NCBI GenBank assembly: GCA_951406725.2
Contig: OX597839.1
Span: forward strand, 14,694,001 to 14,758,000
Length of the DNA stretch: 64,000 nt
Origin: Octopus vulgaris
Lineage: Eukaryota
Direction of reading: 5' to 3'
The notes beneath the pieces are model-generated. The model was not told where the DNA came from and searched no databases. It worked only from the letters and a program-made list of their open reading frames with translations. Within the stretch, counting starts at the first letter, position 1; every line of letters begins with the position of its first letter. Positions 41,637 to 57,891 of the stretch are shown piece after piece. A program made the translations under genes and the position numbers.

Positions 41637-42551
41637 ATGTCCAGAGCATGGATACCTGACGAGCTGGATTTATTCGTACAAGCATGGGAGTGCGCCGGCG
41701 GAGATAGCCCTAGCGAGGTGATTGCAGCTGCGCTGAAGAGCAGAGGCTACAAGAGGACAGCGGCTCAGATGGAGCGAAAGAGACGGGAATTCGTGCGCTC
41801 ATATGCGCTTGTACGGTCGCACATTGGCGCACTTGATGCCATCTTTGAGAACGAGCGGGGCAAAGATGGCAAGAATGGAGACGATGAAAGAAGTCACCTC
41901 CACCTGGTGGGCGCCCGGGAGGAGGTTTTGAATGAGAAACCTGCCCAGGAAGTGAACCCAGGTGCAAGTTCTCCAACCGGCAGCAAGGGCCATGGAGACG
42001 GAGAACCCGGTGAAGAGGTAGAGGGAGGAAGAAGAACTGAAAGAAGGACTGGAAGAGCTAAAGGAAAAGAAAAAGCTCAAGCAGGACCAAAGGGTGAAAC
42101 AACCAGGAATAGAAGTGGAACCGCAAAAGATGGAACCAAACAGCGCACACGGGTGTGTATGTTCTACCTGAGAGGTTCCTTCTGGCATGGAAAGGAAGGT
42201 GCAGGCTACCGCTTTGCACATCGGGGACCCTGCCACAGAGACACGAGGCAGATGGACAAACCATCAACACAAAGAAAAGGGATGGACCACGCACCACTTG
42301 CCCCAAAGCGGAGGTACGCAGATGTTGTGCGTGCCACAAACCACCAACATGATGTTGTCGAAAGGGCAGCTGCTGAGCAACAATCTTTTTTGTGCATGGG
42401 ACAAAAGATTGTACAGCAGCTGACCTGGCTTCATCAAACCCAAGCCCGCAGGTGGGACTACCCACTATATACCAGACCACCACCACAGCAAACAGTCCCA
42501 GGATGGACACCACCGGCAACAACGTACACCTCACCTCGATGCTCCTACTGA
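41637..42551 (+). CDS. LINE A2 ORF1: Myb/SANT-like domain, charged linker, degenerate CCCH finger
   Basis: WIPDELDLFVQAW...IAAALKSRGYKRTAAQMERK pattern; homologous to 60242.. and 50959... Confidence 0.8.
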   Translation: MSRAWIPDELDLFVQAWECAGGDSPSEVIAAALKSRGYKRTAAQMERKRREFVRSYALVRSHIGALDAIFENERGKDGKNGDDERSHLHLVGAREEVLNEKPAQEVNPGASSPTGSKGHGDGEPGEEVEGGRRTERRTGRAKGKEKAQAGPKGETTRNRSGTAKDGTKQRTRVCMFYLRGSFWHGKEGAGYRFAHRGPCHRDTRQMDKPSTQRKGMDHAPLAPKRRYADVVRATNHQHDVVERAAAEQQSFLCMGQKIVQQLTWLHQTQARRWDYPLYTRPPPQQTVPGWTPPATTYTSPRCSY

Positions 42552-45305
42552 ACATCAGAGGACTGCAAACACTCAGTAACAGGACAAAAATCCCGTTCCT
42601 GAGAGATTTTGTTGCATGCAATCAAGCCTTATGCATAGCACTAACGGAAACGCACCTGAAACCGGATATAGCAGATGCGGAGTTACACATACCACAGTAT
42701 GCTGTACTACGGACCGACAGGAAAGAAAGGAGTCATGGAGGTGTTGCTATGTACATCCGTGAGGACCTCACACCCCAGGTCCTCTTGTCATACTCAAACT
42801 CGGTGTGTGACACACTAATTGTACATATTAGGCAACTTGATGTAGTTGTGTGTGCTACATATCGCCCTCCAGATGCCCCAAGCTATGTGGGCAAGTTTGA
42901 AGACTGCCTTAAAAAAATAGAAGAAGTTCTAACCACATTAGAACAACACATAAGTGTACTTCTTATGGGAGACTTCAATCTGCCAAATGTCAGATGGCCC
43001 GAGGGCCTTTCTCTCCCAGGAATGACAAGATGTGAACGAGGACAGGCGAGGTCCCTCCTGAACCTCATCAACACCCTGTACATGGAGCAGGTAATACTCC
43101 AACCAACCAGGGCAGGTAACACACTGGATCTCTGCTTCACAAATGACATGGATCTCATCCATAATGTGAAAGTGACACCGACACTACTCTCCGATCACAA
43201 CATGATAGAGCTGACCATGTACGGGCCAAAAGAGAGCACGGACATGCAGCCTACAAGAAACCCCAGAATCTTTCCAGCTTGAACTACCATAAGGCAAACT
43301 GGAAACAAATTGAGAAAGAGATCCTCAAACAAAACTGGCCTAAATGTCTCTCCTCGCCAGACATCGACGTGAAACTTCAACAATTCATGTTTGTAATGCA
43401 AGCCATATGCTACAAATATGTCCCAGAGAGAAAGGCCACTGTACACAAGAACAAAATCCCCAGAGAGAGGAAAATTCTAATGAGACGGCGTACGAAATTT
43501 TCAAATCGCCTAAACAAACAGATTGAAAGCAGTGAAAAGTCCCGCCTAAAAATAAAACTGTTGGAAATCGAAAAATGTCTGAAACTCTCCCATGAAAAGG
43601 AAAGAGCAGACAAAGAAGCCTGGGCTATAGACAACATAAAATCTAACCCCAGAGCTTTCTACAGGTATGCCAAAGAAACAGCTACGGTGCACTGTAGAAT
43701 AGGGCCACTCCTCGAAAAGGATGGCACACTTACAGGAAAACCAATGAGGGTAAGTGAAATACTGAATGAGCAATTCAAGAGTGTTTTCACTCCACCCCTT
43801 GGGCATCTCCAAATCACCAATCCAACTGACTTTTTTACCACTGCAGATATAAAATCAGAGGCGGCGACGATAGATTACATCGATATAAAGGAAGACGATG
43901 TAATCAAGGCTATAGATGAAATGAAAACAGACTCAGCTACTGGCCCCGATGGATTCCCGGCAATCCTCCTAAAAGCATGTAAGAGAGTCCTAGCAAGACC
44001 ACTGCAGTTCCTCTTTCAGAGCTTCCTTGCAGCTGGCAAACTTCCAAGAAAACTGAAGGAAGATAAAATATGCCCCATTCATAAAGGAGGTAGCCGAGCG
44101 GAAGCCAAGAACTATAGACCTATCTCTCTGACCTCACACATCAGCAAGGTCATGGAACGAATAGTCAGAAGGAAGCTGATCACCTTCCTTGAAGAGAATG
44201 ACTTGCTGCCCGACACCCAACATGGTTTCCGACCAGGGAGAAGCTGTTTAACTCAGCTCCTACAACACTCTGACTGGGTGCTGAAACGGCTGCTCAACCA
44301 CTCAAATGTGGAAGTGATATATCTCGACTTTGCAAAGGCCTTTGATAAAGTCGATCATGGAATGATATGTCACAAACTGCGTGATCTCAACATAGTTGGA
44401 AAACTGGGAGAATGGCTTCATGACTTTCTGAAAGATAGAAGTCAGGTAACACGCAAATAGTGAGCGGTGTTCCGCAGGGCACTGTTCTGGGACCACTACT
44501 GTTCATAATGGCCCTCTCAGACATGCCCTCAGCCACGCAGAGAGCCACGATCACAAGTTATGCAGATGATACAAAAGTTTCACAGGCAATACAGAACCCA
44601 GAGGCACAATCAGTGCGTGACCTAGGTATTTACATGAGTGATGACGTGACCTTTTGTGTACATGTTGCTAAATTGGCAATGAAATGTAGACGACTGGCCG
44701 GATGGATCCTCAGAACCTTTAGAACAAGAGAACAAGAAACCATGATGGTCCTCTGGAGGACACTTGTCCTAAGCCACTTTAACTACTGCTCTCAGTTATG
44801 GTCACCATCCAGTGTCAAGTTGATCACAGAGCTCGAGGCGATCCAACGTAGCTACACGAAGAAGATAGCCTCTATGCAGAGTGTAAGCTACTGGGAAAGA
44901 CACAAGAAATTAAAATTATATTCCCTGGAGCGTAGGCGGCATAGATATGCCATAATATACATCTGGAAGATCCTGGAGGGAAGTGTCCTGAACTTTGGCA
45001 TCGAGAGTTACGCAAATGCCAGAACTGGGCGCCACTGCGTGGTGCCTAGGACTCCAAACTTGCCATCAAGATGTAGGACAAGATTCTGTGATAGCCTGGG
45101 CTTCCGAGGCCCACAGCTCTTCAATATCCTCCCGAAGAACCTGAGAGACCTGTATGGGGTGGATACAGATGTCTTTAAAATGAAGCTGGATCTCTTCCTG
45201 TCAGGTGTCCCAGATGAACCAACTTCACGGCAGGAGGGGCAGACGAGGGCAGCTGCATCGAACTCTCTCATGCACCAAATAGCAGTTGCTAGAAAGCCAT
45301 CATGA
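42392..45305 (+). pseudogene. LINE A2 ORF2 (APE endonuclease + RT), broken
   Basis: LLNIRGL, ALTETHL, GGVAMY, MGDFN, LDL and SDH endonuclease motifs. One-nt deletion at ~43263, 28-bp deletion at ~44447 and 165-bp deletion at ~44599 relative to the other copies. Confidence 0.92.
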
Positions 45306-45391
45306 AGTGAAACCAAGTAGCAACACCAAATGGCGGTGCCCCGCATGGCCACAGCTCATAAGCTGAAACTAGAATCAATCAATCAATCAAT

Positions 45392-47440
<2,049 letters not shown>

Positions 47441-48088
47441 TTGTATCTTCTGGTTATATACATTCTTGTAATTTGTATTTTGTTTTTGTTGTTGTTGCTT
47501 TTGTTCTAATTGTGTGTGTTCATGTGTTTACATCCACCCATTATTATCATTACATATGCTTGTATGTATGTATAACAACAATATTAGTAATAATAATATA
47601 TATATATATGTATCTGATGGATATATATATATGTATATATATATATGTATATATATATACATATACATATATATATATATACATACATATACATATACAT
47701 ATATATATATATATATACATATATACACACATATATACACATATACATATACATATATATACACATATACATATATATAGATATTCATTTCTATTTCTTT
47801 AATATACCTGTGTATTTATTATGTTTGCAGGATCCACTATTGTCATATGTTGTGGTGTGCGCTATTGCTCCATTCTAGTTTTCTATTCAGGCTAGTGTTT
47901 ATTTTGTATTATATGTGTAGCTTCTGTAATTTGTCTAATTGTGTGCATCTGTTCTATGTGTGGACAATATCTTAATGTCTATATGTTATTGATTGATGTG
48001 TTATTGTTCGGCGTGTTGGTACAGAATCGATGATATATATATATACTGTATATATATATACATAATGTATCATATCACCCGCTCACCA

Positions 48089-48622
<534 letters not shown>

Positions 48623-48626
<4 letters not shown>

Positions 48627-50097
48627 TGATTGATTGATTGATTGTGTGTTTCAGCTCATGAGCTGTGTCCATGCTGGGGCACCGCCATTTGGTGTTGCTA
48701 CTTGGTTTCACTTCACGAAAGCTTTCTAGCAACTGCCATTTGGTGCATGAGAGAGTTCGATGCATGCTGCCCTCTATCTGCCCCTCCTGCCGTGAAGTTG
48801 GTTCATCTGGGACACCTGACAGGAAGAGATCCAGCTTCATTTGTAAAGACATCTGCATAACCCCATGCAGGTCTCTCAGGTTCTTCGGGAGGATATTGAA
48901 GAGCTGTGGGCCTCGGAAGCCCATATGCTATCACAGAATCTTGTTACATCTTGATGGCAATGTGTGTGAGTGTAGGCACCCACGTGTGTGTCCCAGTTCT
49001 GGCATTTGCGTAACTCTCGATGCCAAAGTTATACACGTCCCTCCAGGATCTTCCAGATGTATATTATGGCATATCTTTCCCGCCTACGCTCCAGGGAATA
49101 TAATTTTAATCTCTTGTGATGTCTTGTGTAGTAGCTTACATTCTGGGTATAGAGGCTATCTTCTTCGTGTAGCTACGTTGGATCGGCTCGGAGTCTGTGA
49201 TCAACTTGACACTGGATGGTGACCATAACTGAGAGCAGTAGTCAAAGTGGCTTAGGACAAGTGTCCTCCAGAGGACCATCATGGTTTCTTGTTCTCTTGT
49301 TCTAAAGGTTCTGAGGATCCATCCGGCCAGCCGTCTACATTTCATTGCCAATTTAGCAACATGTACACGAAAGGTCGCGTCATCACTCATGTAAATACCT
49401 AGGTCACGCATACAGTTGTGCCTCTGGGATTGCTATTCCTCCGGGTCCAGTGTATTCATTGGGTATTGCATTTAGTTTTGCATGCTGATAGTATAGAGCT
49501 TGAAACTGTGTGTGTGTGTGAACTGCATGCTATTCTTTTCGGCCCACTTGTATATTGTTTGTCTAGCTCACATTGCAGGTGTTTAGTGTGTCCTCAGGGT
49601 TCTGTATTGCCTGTGATATACATATATATCATCTGCATATACATATATGATATGGCTCTCTGCGTATATATGAGGGCATGTCTGAGAGGGCCATTATATA
49701 CAGTAGTGGTATATACAGTGCCCATATACACCGCTCACTATTTGCGTGTTATATGGAAGTGGCCCCATTGGCCACTACCACCTGACTTATATCTATTCAG
49801 AAAGTCATATAGCCATATATATATATATATATATACAACTATATATGACATATACATATATATATATATCATTCCATGATATATATATCAAAGGCCTATT
49901 GCATATATATACGATATATATATCACTTCCACATTATATATACATATATTGAGCATATATATAGCACCCAATCACATACATAGTGTTGTAGGATATATAT
50001 ATACAGCTATATACATATATATACCATATATATGTCGGGCAGCAAGTCATATATATATATATATATGATATATATATACATATATGACTATATATAT

Positions 50098-50136
<39 letters not shown>

Positions 50137-50860
50137 TATATCTGCATACACATATATATACATATATATACATATATATATATACATATATATATATACA
50201 TATATATACATATATATATACATATATATATACATATATATATATACTGCATATACATATATAGGACATATACATACATATATATATAGGAGGATATACA
50301 TATCCATCGGGGCCAGTATATACATATATATTCATATATCATCATATAGCATACATATATATATACATACATACATATATATATATCGATGTAATATATA
50401 TATATCTGATATATATATATCTGCAGTGGTAAAAAAGTCAGTTGGATTGGTGATTTCTGGAGATGCCCAAGGGGTGGAGTGAAAACATTCCCTTGAATTG
50501 CTCATTCAGTATTTCACTTACCCTCATTGGTTTTCCTGTAAGTGTGCCATCCTTTTCGAGGAGTGGCCCTATTCTACAGTGCACCGTAGCTGTTTCTTTG
50601 GCATACCTGTAGATCAAGCTCTGGGGTTAGATTTTATAGCCTGGGCTATCCGAGGCCCACAGGCTTCTTTGTCTGCTCTTTCCCGAAGAACCTTCTAGAC
50701 TTACTCTCCTCTTCGGATACATATCCAAGGACATAGACGCTTTTATTTCTTAGGCGGGACTTCCTTCACTGCTTTCAATCTGTTTGTTTAGGCGATTTGA
50801 AAATCTCTCTGTACTCTCGCTCCCACTCTCATTAAAATTTTCCTCCTCTTTTTGTTCTTG
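48623..50860 (-). mobile_element. Inverted family A LINE copy with a corrupted sequence
   Basis: (GATT)n tail at 48623; MRDLGIYMSDDATFRVHVAKL... at 49136-49411; homology resumes at 50417-50860. The middle is interleaved with TA. Confidence 0.85.
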
Positions 50861-50958
50861 TGTCTACTTTCTCCCCTCCCTTCCTCACAATCTCTTCCTC
50901 TCTCCTCCCTTCTCCCTTTTTCCCTCACAGCTTCTCTCTCTCTCCCCGCTACAACGGA

Positions 50959-51911
50959 ATGGACAACATGCAAAAATTAGAGGTAAATGCAAACACTGGC
51001 GTCAACAAAAGCCAGCGTAACTGGACGAAAGTAGAGCTGGAAGTTTTCATCAGAGGATGGAGCTCGGCCGACAGATCGCAACCAACTAAAAACATAGCGG
51101 CGACCCTGAAAAGCCATGGCTTTATGAGGACGTTGGCGCAAGTAGAGAGGAAGAAAAGAGAAGTCGAAAGAGACCTAGTTGAAAGAGAAGTCGAAAGGGC
51201 TTTGCTAAGCCAAGTCCTCAAGGTGGACAAAGACAAAAGAGAGAGATGGAAACAGGAAACACCAACCACAGAGTGTCAAAAAATGACACGCCCACTGCCA
51301 CAGTCGAAGAAGGCAAGCAGGGCAAACAACAGATAGGCGGCGATGGGGAAACGGAAAATAACCACCCGGATGAAAATACCTATGCAGAAAGGAACCAGTG
51401 GACAACTGTCCAACGGAGGAAGAGAAAACAGAGAGGAACTGGGGACAAGAAAACCCAGATAACATGCAAATTCTTCCGGAATGGAACCTGCTGGCATGGA
51501 GAAACAGGGGAAGGATGCAGGTTCGCTCATCCCAGGCCCTATGGAAATTGCATCAAACCCACTCGACCAAAATGCCTTAACCAAAACCAAGACCGAAACC
51601 AAAACCAGAACAAATACAAGCTGCCCCAGAAATATGCAGACATAGTGCGTAATGCCCCAACAAGGAGAAGGCGCACATTTGCAGAGGAAATGCAGACGGC
51701 GGCAGCAGAACAAAGAAATTTTGTGGAAATAGCAGAGAAAACTGTGGGACAACTGGCCTGGATACATCGTCTTCAGAGCCAGGGGCACTCACAACAACAC
51801 TCAAGACCAACACAATCAAGGGACCCAGGGTGGCCACCGCTGACACCAGCCCAGGTGCCACACCGTCAGCCTTTATTGACACCCCAAATGTCTCACCAGT
51901 GGTTCTGCTGA
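50959..51911 (+). pseudogene. LINE B ORF1 (Myb/SANT-like + CCCH), split by one frameshift near 51250-51290
   Basis: NWTKVELEVFIRGW...IAATLKSHGFMRTLAQVERKK in one frame; CKFFRNGTCWHGETGEGCRFAHP in the next. Confidence 0.8.
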
Positions 51912-53757
51912 ATGTCAGAGGTCTGGTGAAACCCACTAATATGAGTAAAATTCCTTACCTTAGGGACTTAAGCACAAGCAACCATGCAATATGCATAGCG
52001 CTGACTGAAATGCACCTGTCAAGCAGTATAGCAGATGCAGAAATACACGTACCAAAGTATACTGTTTTTCGGTCAGACAGGAAGGAAAGAACTCATGGTG
52101 GGGTTGCCCTGTACGTCTGTGAAGATGTCACACCCATAGTACTGTTGACACACTCAAACTCAGTCTGTGACACACTGATAGTACACATGAAACAACCGAA
52201 AATAGTAATATGTGTCACATATCGGCCACCAGACACCCCTAGCCATGAAGGAGTGTTTGAAGATAGACTCAGAAGAATAGAAGAAGTCCTGGACAAACTG
52301 GACCAGGGTAACACCATTCTACTGCTGGGAGATTTTAACCTTCCGAAAGTCAAATGGCCAGATGGCCATCTCCTCCCTGGAATGACATCACTTGAACAGA
52401 GAGAGACAGAGTCCTTGTTGGCTCTCACACGCAAGTTTTTCATGGAACAAGCAGTGCTTCGGCCAACAAGAGGTGAGAATGTCTTGGACCTCTGTTTCAC
52501 AAGCAACCCGATGCTCATCCACAACATAATGGTAACACCAACAATTCTCTCAGATCACAACTTAGTAGAGGTAATGATATATGGTATGAGAGAGTTAGTT
52601 GAGACGCAGCCATTAGAAAATACCACAGGCCTATCCAGTCTAAACTTCCATAAGGCAAACTGGAAGAAGATCAACGAAGAGATCCGAAAACATGACTGGA
52701 GTGACTTCATCACCACACAAGACACCAACACACATTTCCAACATTTCATGACAACAATACAGAACATATGCCATAAGTTTGTCCCGGAGAAAAAAGCCAG
52801 CGGGCATAGGAACGTTATTCCCAGAGACAGGAAAATACTTATGAGGCGAAGAGCTAAGTTCTCGAAGCAACTGAATGCACGGCAGAGAAACAATGAGGGA
52901 CTCCACCTGAAACTTTTTGAAACGGAAACTGCACTCAAAGTTTCCTATGAGAAGGAGAGGGCAGAGAGAGAAGCCAGGGCCATAGAGAATATTAAAACAA
53001 ACCCTAAAGCCTTCTTTAAATTTGCGAAAGAAACCACCTCGGTACACTGCAAGATTGGCCCACTCTTTGATAAAAAGGGCTCTCTAACTGAGGACCCCCA
53101 AGGGATAAGTGAAATACTAAAGGAACAGTATAAAAGTGTGTTCACATCCCCTCTGGGGCACATGCAAATCACAAACCCAGAAGTTTTCTTTGATGCCACA
53201 ACACTCCAAAACCAAACAACAACCATCGACCACATAGACATAACAGAGAGGGATGTAATATCTGCCATAGAAGAAATGAGAATAAACTCAGCTGCTGGAC
53301 CAGATGGATTCCCAGCAGTCCTCCTAAAAACATGCAGGCATGCCCTAGCGGGACCACTGACGGAGTTCTTCAGTGGTTCCTTGGCTAACGGTAAACTGCC
53401 CAGGGCGCAAAATGAAGGCACCATATGCCCTATCCACAAAGGAGGGAGTAGAGCAGAGGCCAAGAACTACAGGCCAGTCTCCCTGACGTCACACATAAGT
53501 AAGGTCATGGAACGAATCATCAGAAAAAAACTGATCACGTTCCTCGAAGAAACTAACCGTCTCACTGACACACAGCATGGCTTTCGCCCAGGAAGAAGCT
53601 GCCTTACGCAGCTGTTACAACACTACGACTGGGTACTGAAACAACTACTGGATCGCTCACAGGTGGATGTGGTATATCTCGACTTTGCGAAGGCGTTTGA
53701 CAAAGTCGACCACGGAGTGATATGTCACAAATTACTCAGACTCGGCATAACAGGAAA
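51830..53757 (+). pseudogene. LINE B ORF2, 5' part (APE endonuclease, linker, RT N-half)
   Basis: [46 protein letters not shown]; runs into the TA tract. Confidence 0.92.
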
Positions 53758-55573
<1,816 letters not shown>

Positions 55574-56706
55574 TATGTCACAAATTACTCAGACTCGGCA
55601 TAACAGGAAAAGTAGGTGAGTGGATACATGACTTCCTGTAGGACAGAAGCCAGATGGTTGCAGCCAATGGAGCCCTCTCGGGAAAGACACCAATAGCAAG
55701 CGGGGTGCCACAGGGCACAGTCTTGGGACCCTCGCTGTTTTTGGTGGCGCTCTCTGACATGCCCTTGGTAGCACAAACAACATCCCTCACTAGCTATGCT
55801 GATGACACAAAGGTAGCACAGGCAATCAAAAACCCAGCTGATGCTGACCTTTTACAACAAGATCTGGATGCCATATACAAATGGGCTGAAGACAACAACA
55901 TGCAATTTAATGCTGGTAAATTTCAAGCCTTACAATATCAAGCTGTAAACACATATACATTACAACACAACTATACTGGTCCAGGAGGGATCGAAATCCC
56001 AGTATCGAAATCAATACGGGACCTGGGGATAGACATGAGTGATGATGCATCTTTTTCTTCACACATCGCGAAGGTGGCGACAATGTGCAGACAACTCACT
56101 GACTGGATCCTGAGGACATTCCGGACAAGAGACTGCGAGACCATGTTGACACTATGGAGGACATTTGTCCTAAGCCGCCTGGACTACTGCTCCCAACTGT
56201 GGTCACCGCATAGTGTCAAACTAACCACAGAGCTTGAGACAATCCAAAGACATTTCACCAAGAAGATTTCCACCATGAAAGAAAAGAACTATTGGGAGAG
56301 GCTTAGGGAACTCAATTTGTACTCCTTGGAACGAAGACGAGAGAGATATGCAGCGATATACATATGGAAAATCCTGGAGGGACTAGCACCAAATTTTGGA
56401 ATTGAGAGCTGTTCCAATCCCTGTACAGGACGTCACTGTGTGGTGCCAAAGGTCCCGTCTTCCACATCCAGGGTAAGGAGCAGATACTGTATTAGCCTGG
56501 GGTTCAGGGGCCCTCAGCTGTTCAACAAACTGCCAAGAAAACTAAGAGATCTACATGATGCGGATGTGGACATTTTCAAAAAACATCTAGACAAGCTGCT
56601 TTCCGGGATCCCAGATGAACCCACTGCAAGGTACGAAGGTAACCTAAGGGCAGCAGCTACAAACTCTCTCTTAGATCAGTGGCCAGCCACGGCAAACTGG
56701 ACTTAG
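55574..56706 (+). pseudogene. LINE B ORF2, 3' part (RT C-half and C-terminus)
   Basis: [25 protein letters not shown]; in-frame TAG at ~55639. Confidence 0.92.
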
Positions 56707-56779
56707 AGAGGGTAGCAACAAGGGCGGTGCCCCAGCATGGCTTCAGCCGAATGGCTGAAACAAGTAAAAGAGTAAAGAG

Positions 56780-56880
<101 letters not shown>

Positions 56881-56907
56881 TATATACATATATATATATA
56901 CATATAC

Positions 56908-56938
<31 letters not shown>

Positions 56939-57031
56939 CATATATATACATATATATATATACATATATACATATATATATATACATATATATATATACA
57001 TATATATATATACATATATATATATATACAC

Positions 57032-57098
<67 letters not shown>

Positions 57099-57101
57099 CA
57101 C

Positions 57102-57132
<31 letters not shown>

Positions 57133-57167
57133 ATTGATCAAAATAAAAACATGATGCCAAGGATTCA

Positions 57168-57245
57168 GCGGTACATATGTTTCGGGCCTTTATTAGACAG
57201 ATTTATAACAATGCATAATGTATGTCTGTGGCCTTCTTCAGCCGC
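57168..57245 (-). ncRNA. Type I hammerhead ribozyme motif (left arm)
   Basis: GCGG-CTGAAGA-aGGCC...GGCCc-GAAAC-ATAT-GTA-CCGC; perfect 4-bp stem I and palindromic stem III ACATATGT. Confidence 0.75.
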
Positions 57246-57507
57246 GCACAACAGCTTTCACAAGGACATGTGTTACATCAAAAATTCTTGGTTGGGGATG
57301 CAAATCCTCTCATTCGCGTACGACATAATGTGGCAACAGCATAGAATTGAAGCATCCATCTCTTTCTTCTCTCTACATTGAGAGAAGAAAGAGATGGACG
57401 TTTCAATTCTATGCTGTTGCCACATTATGTCGTACGCGAATGAGAGGATTTGCATCCCCAACCAAGAATTTTTGATGTAACACATGTCCTTGTGGAAGCT
57501 GTTGTGC

Positions 57508-57585
57508 GCGGCTGAAGAAGGCCACAGACATACATTATGCATTGTTATAAATCTGTCTAATAAAGGCCCGAAACATATGTACTGC
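57508..57585 (+). ncRNA. Type I hammerhead ribozyme motif (right arm)
   Basis: GCGG (57508) CTGAAGA (57512-57518) aGGCC...GGCCc GAAAC (57570-57574) ATAT GTA CTGC; predicted cut after 57581. Confidence 0.75.
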
Positions 57586-57692
57586 TGAATCCTTGGCATC
57601 ATGTTTTTATTTTGATCAATTTACTCCACCATCTACACCACCAAACGGTATACACAGGTGCTTATAATTATCAAGTACTCACCCCGAATTTC

Positions 57693-57748
<56 letters not shown>

Positions 57749-57787
57749 CATATATATATATACATATATATACATATATATATATAC

Positions 57788-57818
<31 letters not shown>

Positions 57819-57839
57819 CATATATATACATATATATAC

Positions 57840-57890
<51 letters not shown>

Positions 57891-57891
<1 letters not shown>

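Larger units (their letters stand above)
57132..57621. repeat. Near-perfect 490-bp palindrome (~242-bp arms, ~6-nt loop), Penelope-like inverted termini
   Basis: Arms mirror around CTCTC-TACATT-GAGAG with few mismatches; ORFs 57151+ and 57602- give almost the same peptide. Confidence 0.95.

Noticed and set aside
57151-57602. Two nearly identical ORFs on opposite strands
   Set aside because: A direct consequence of the palindrome.
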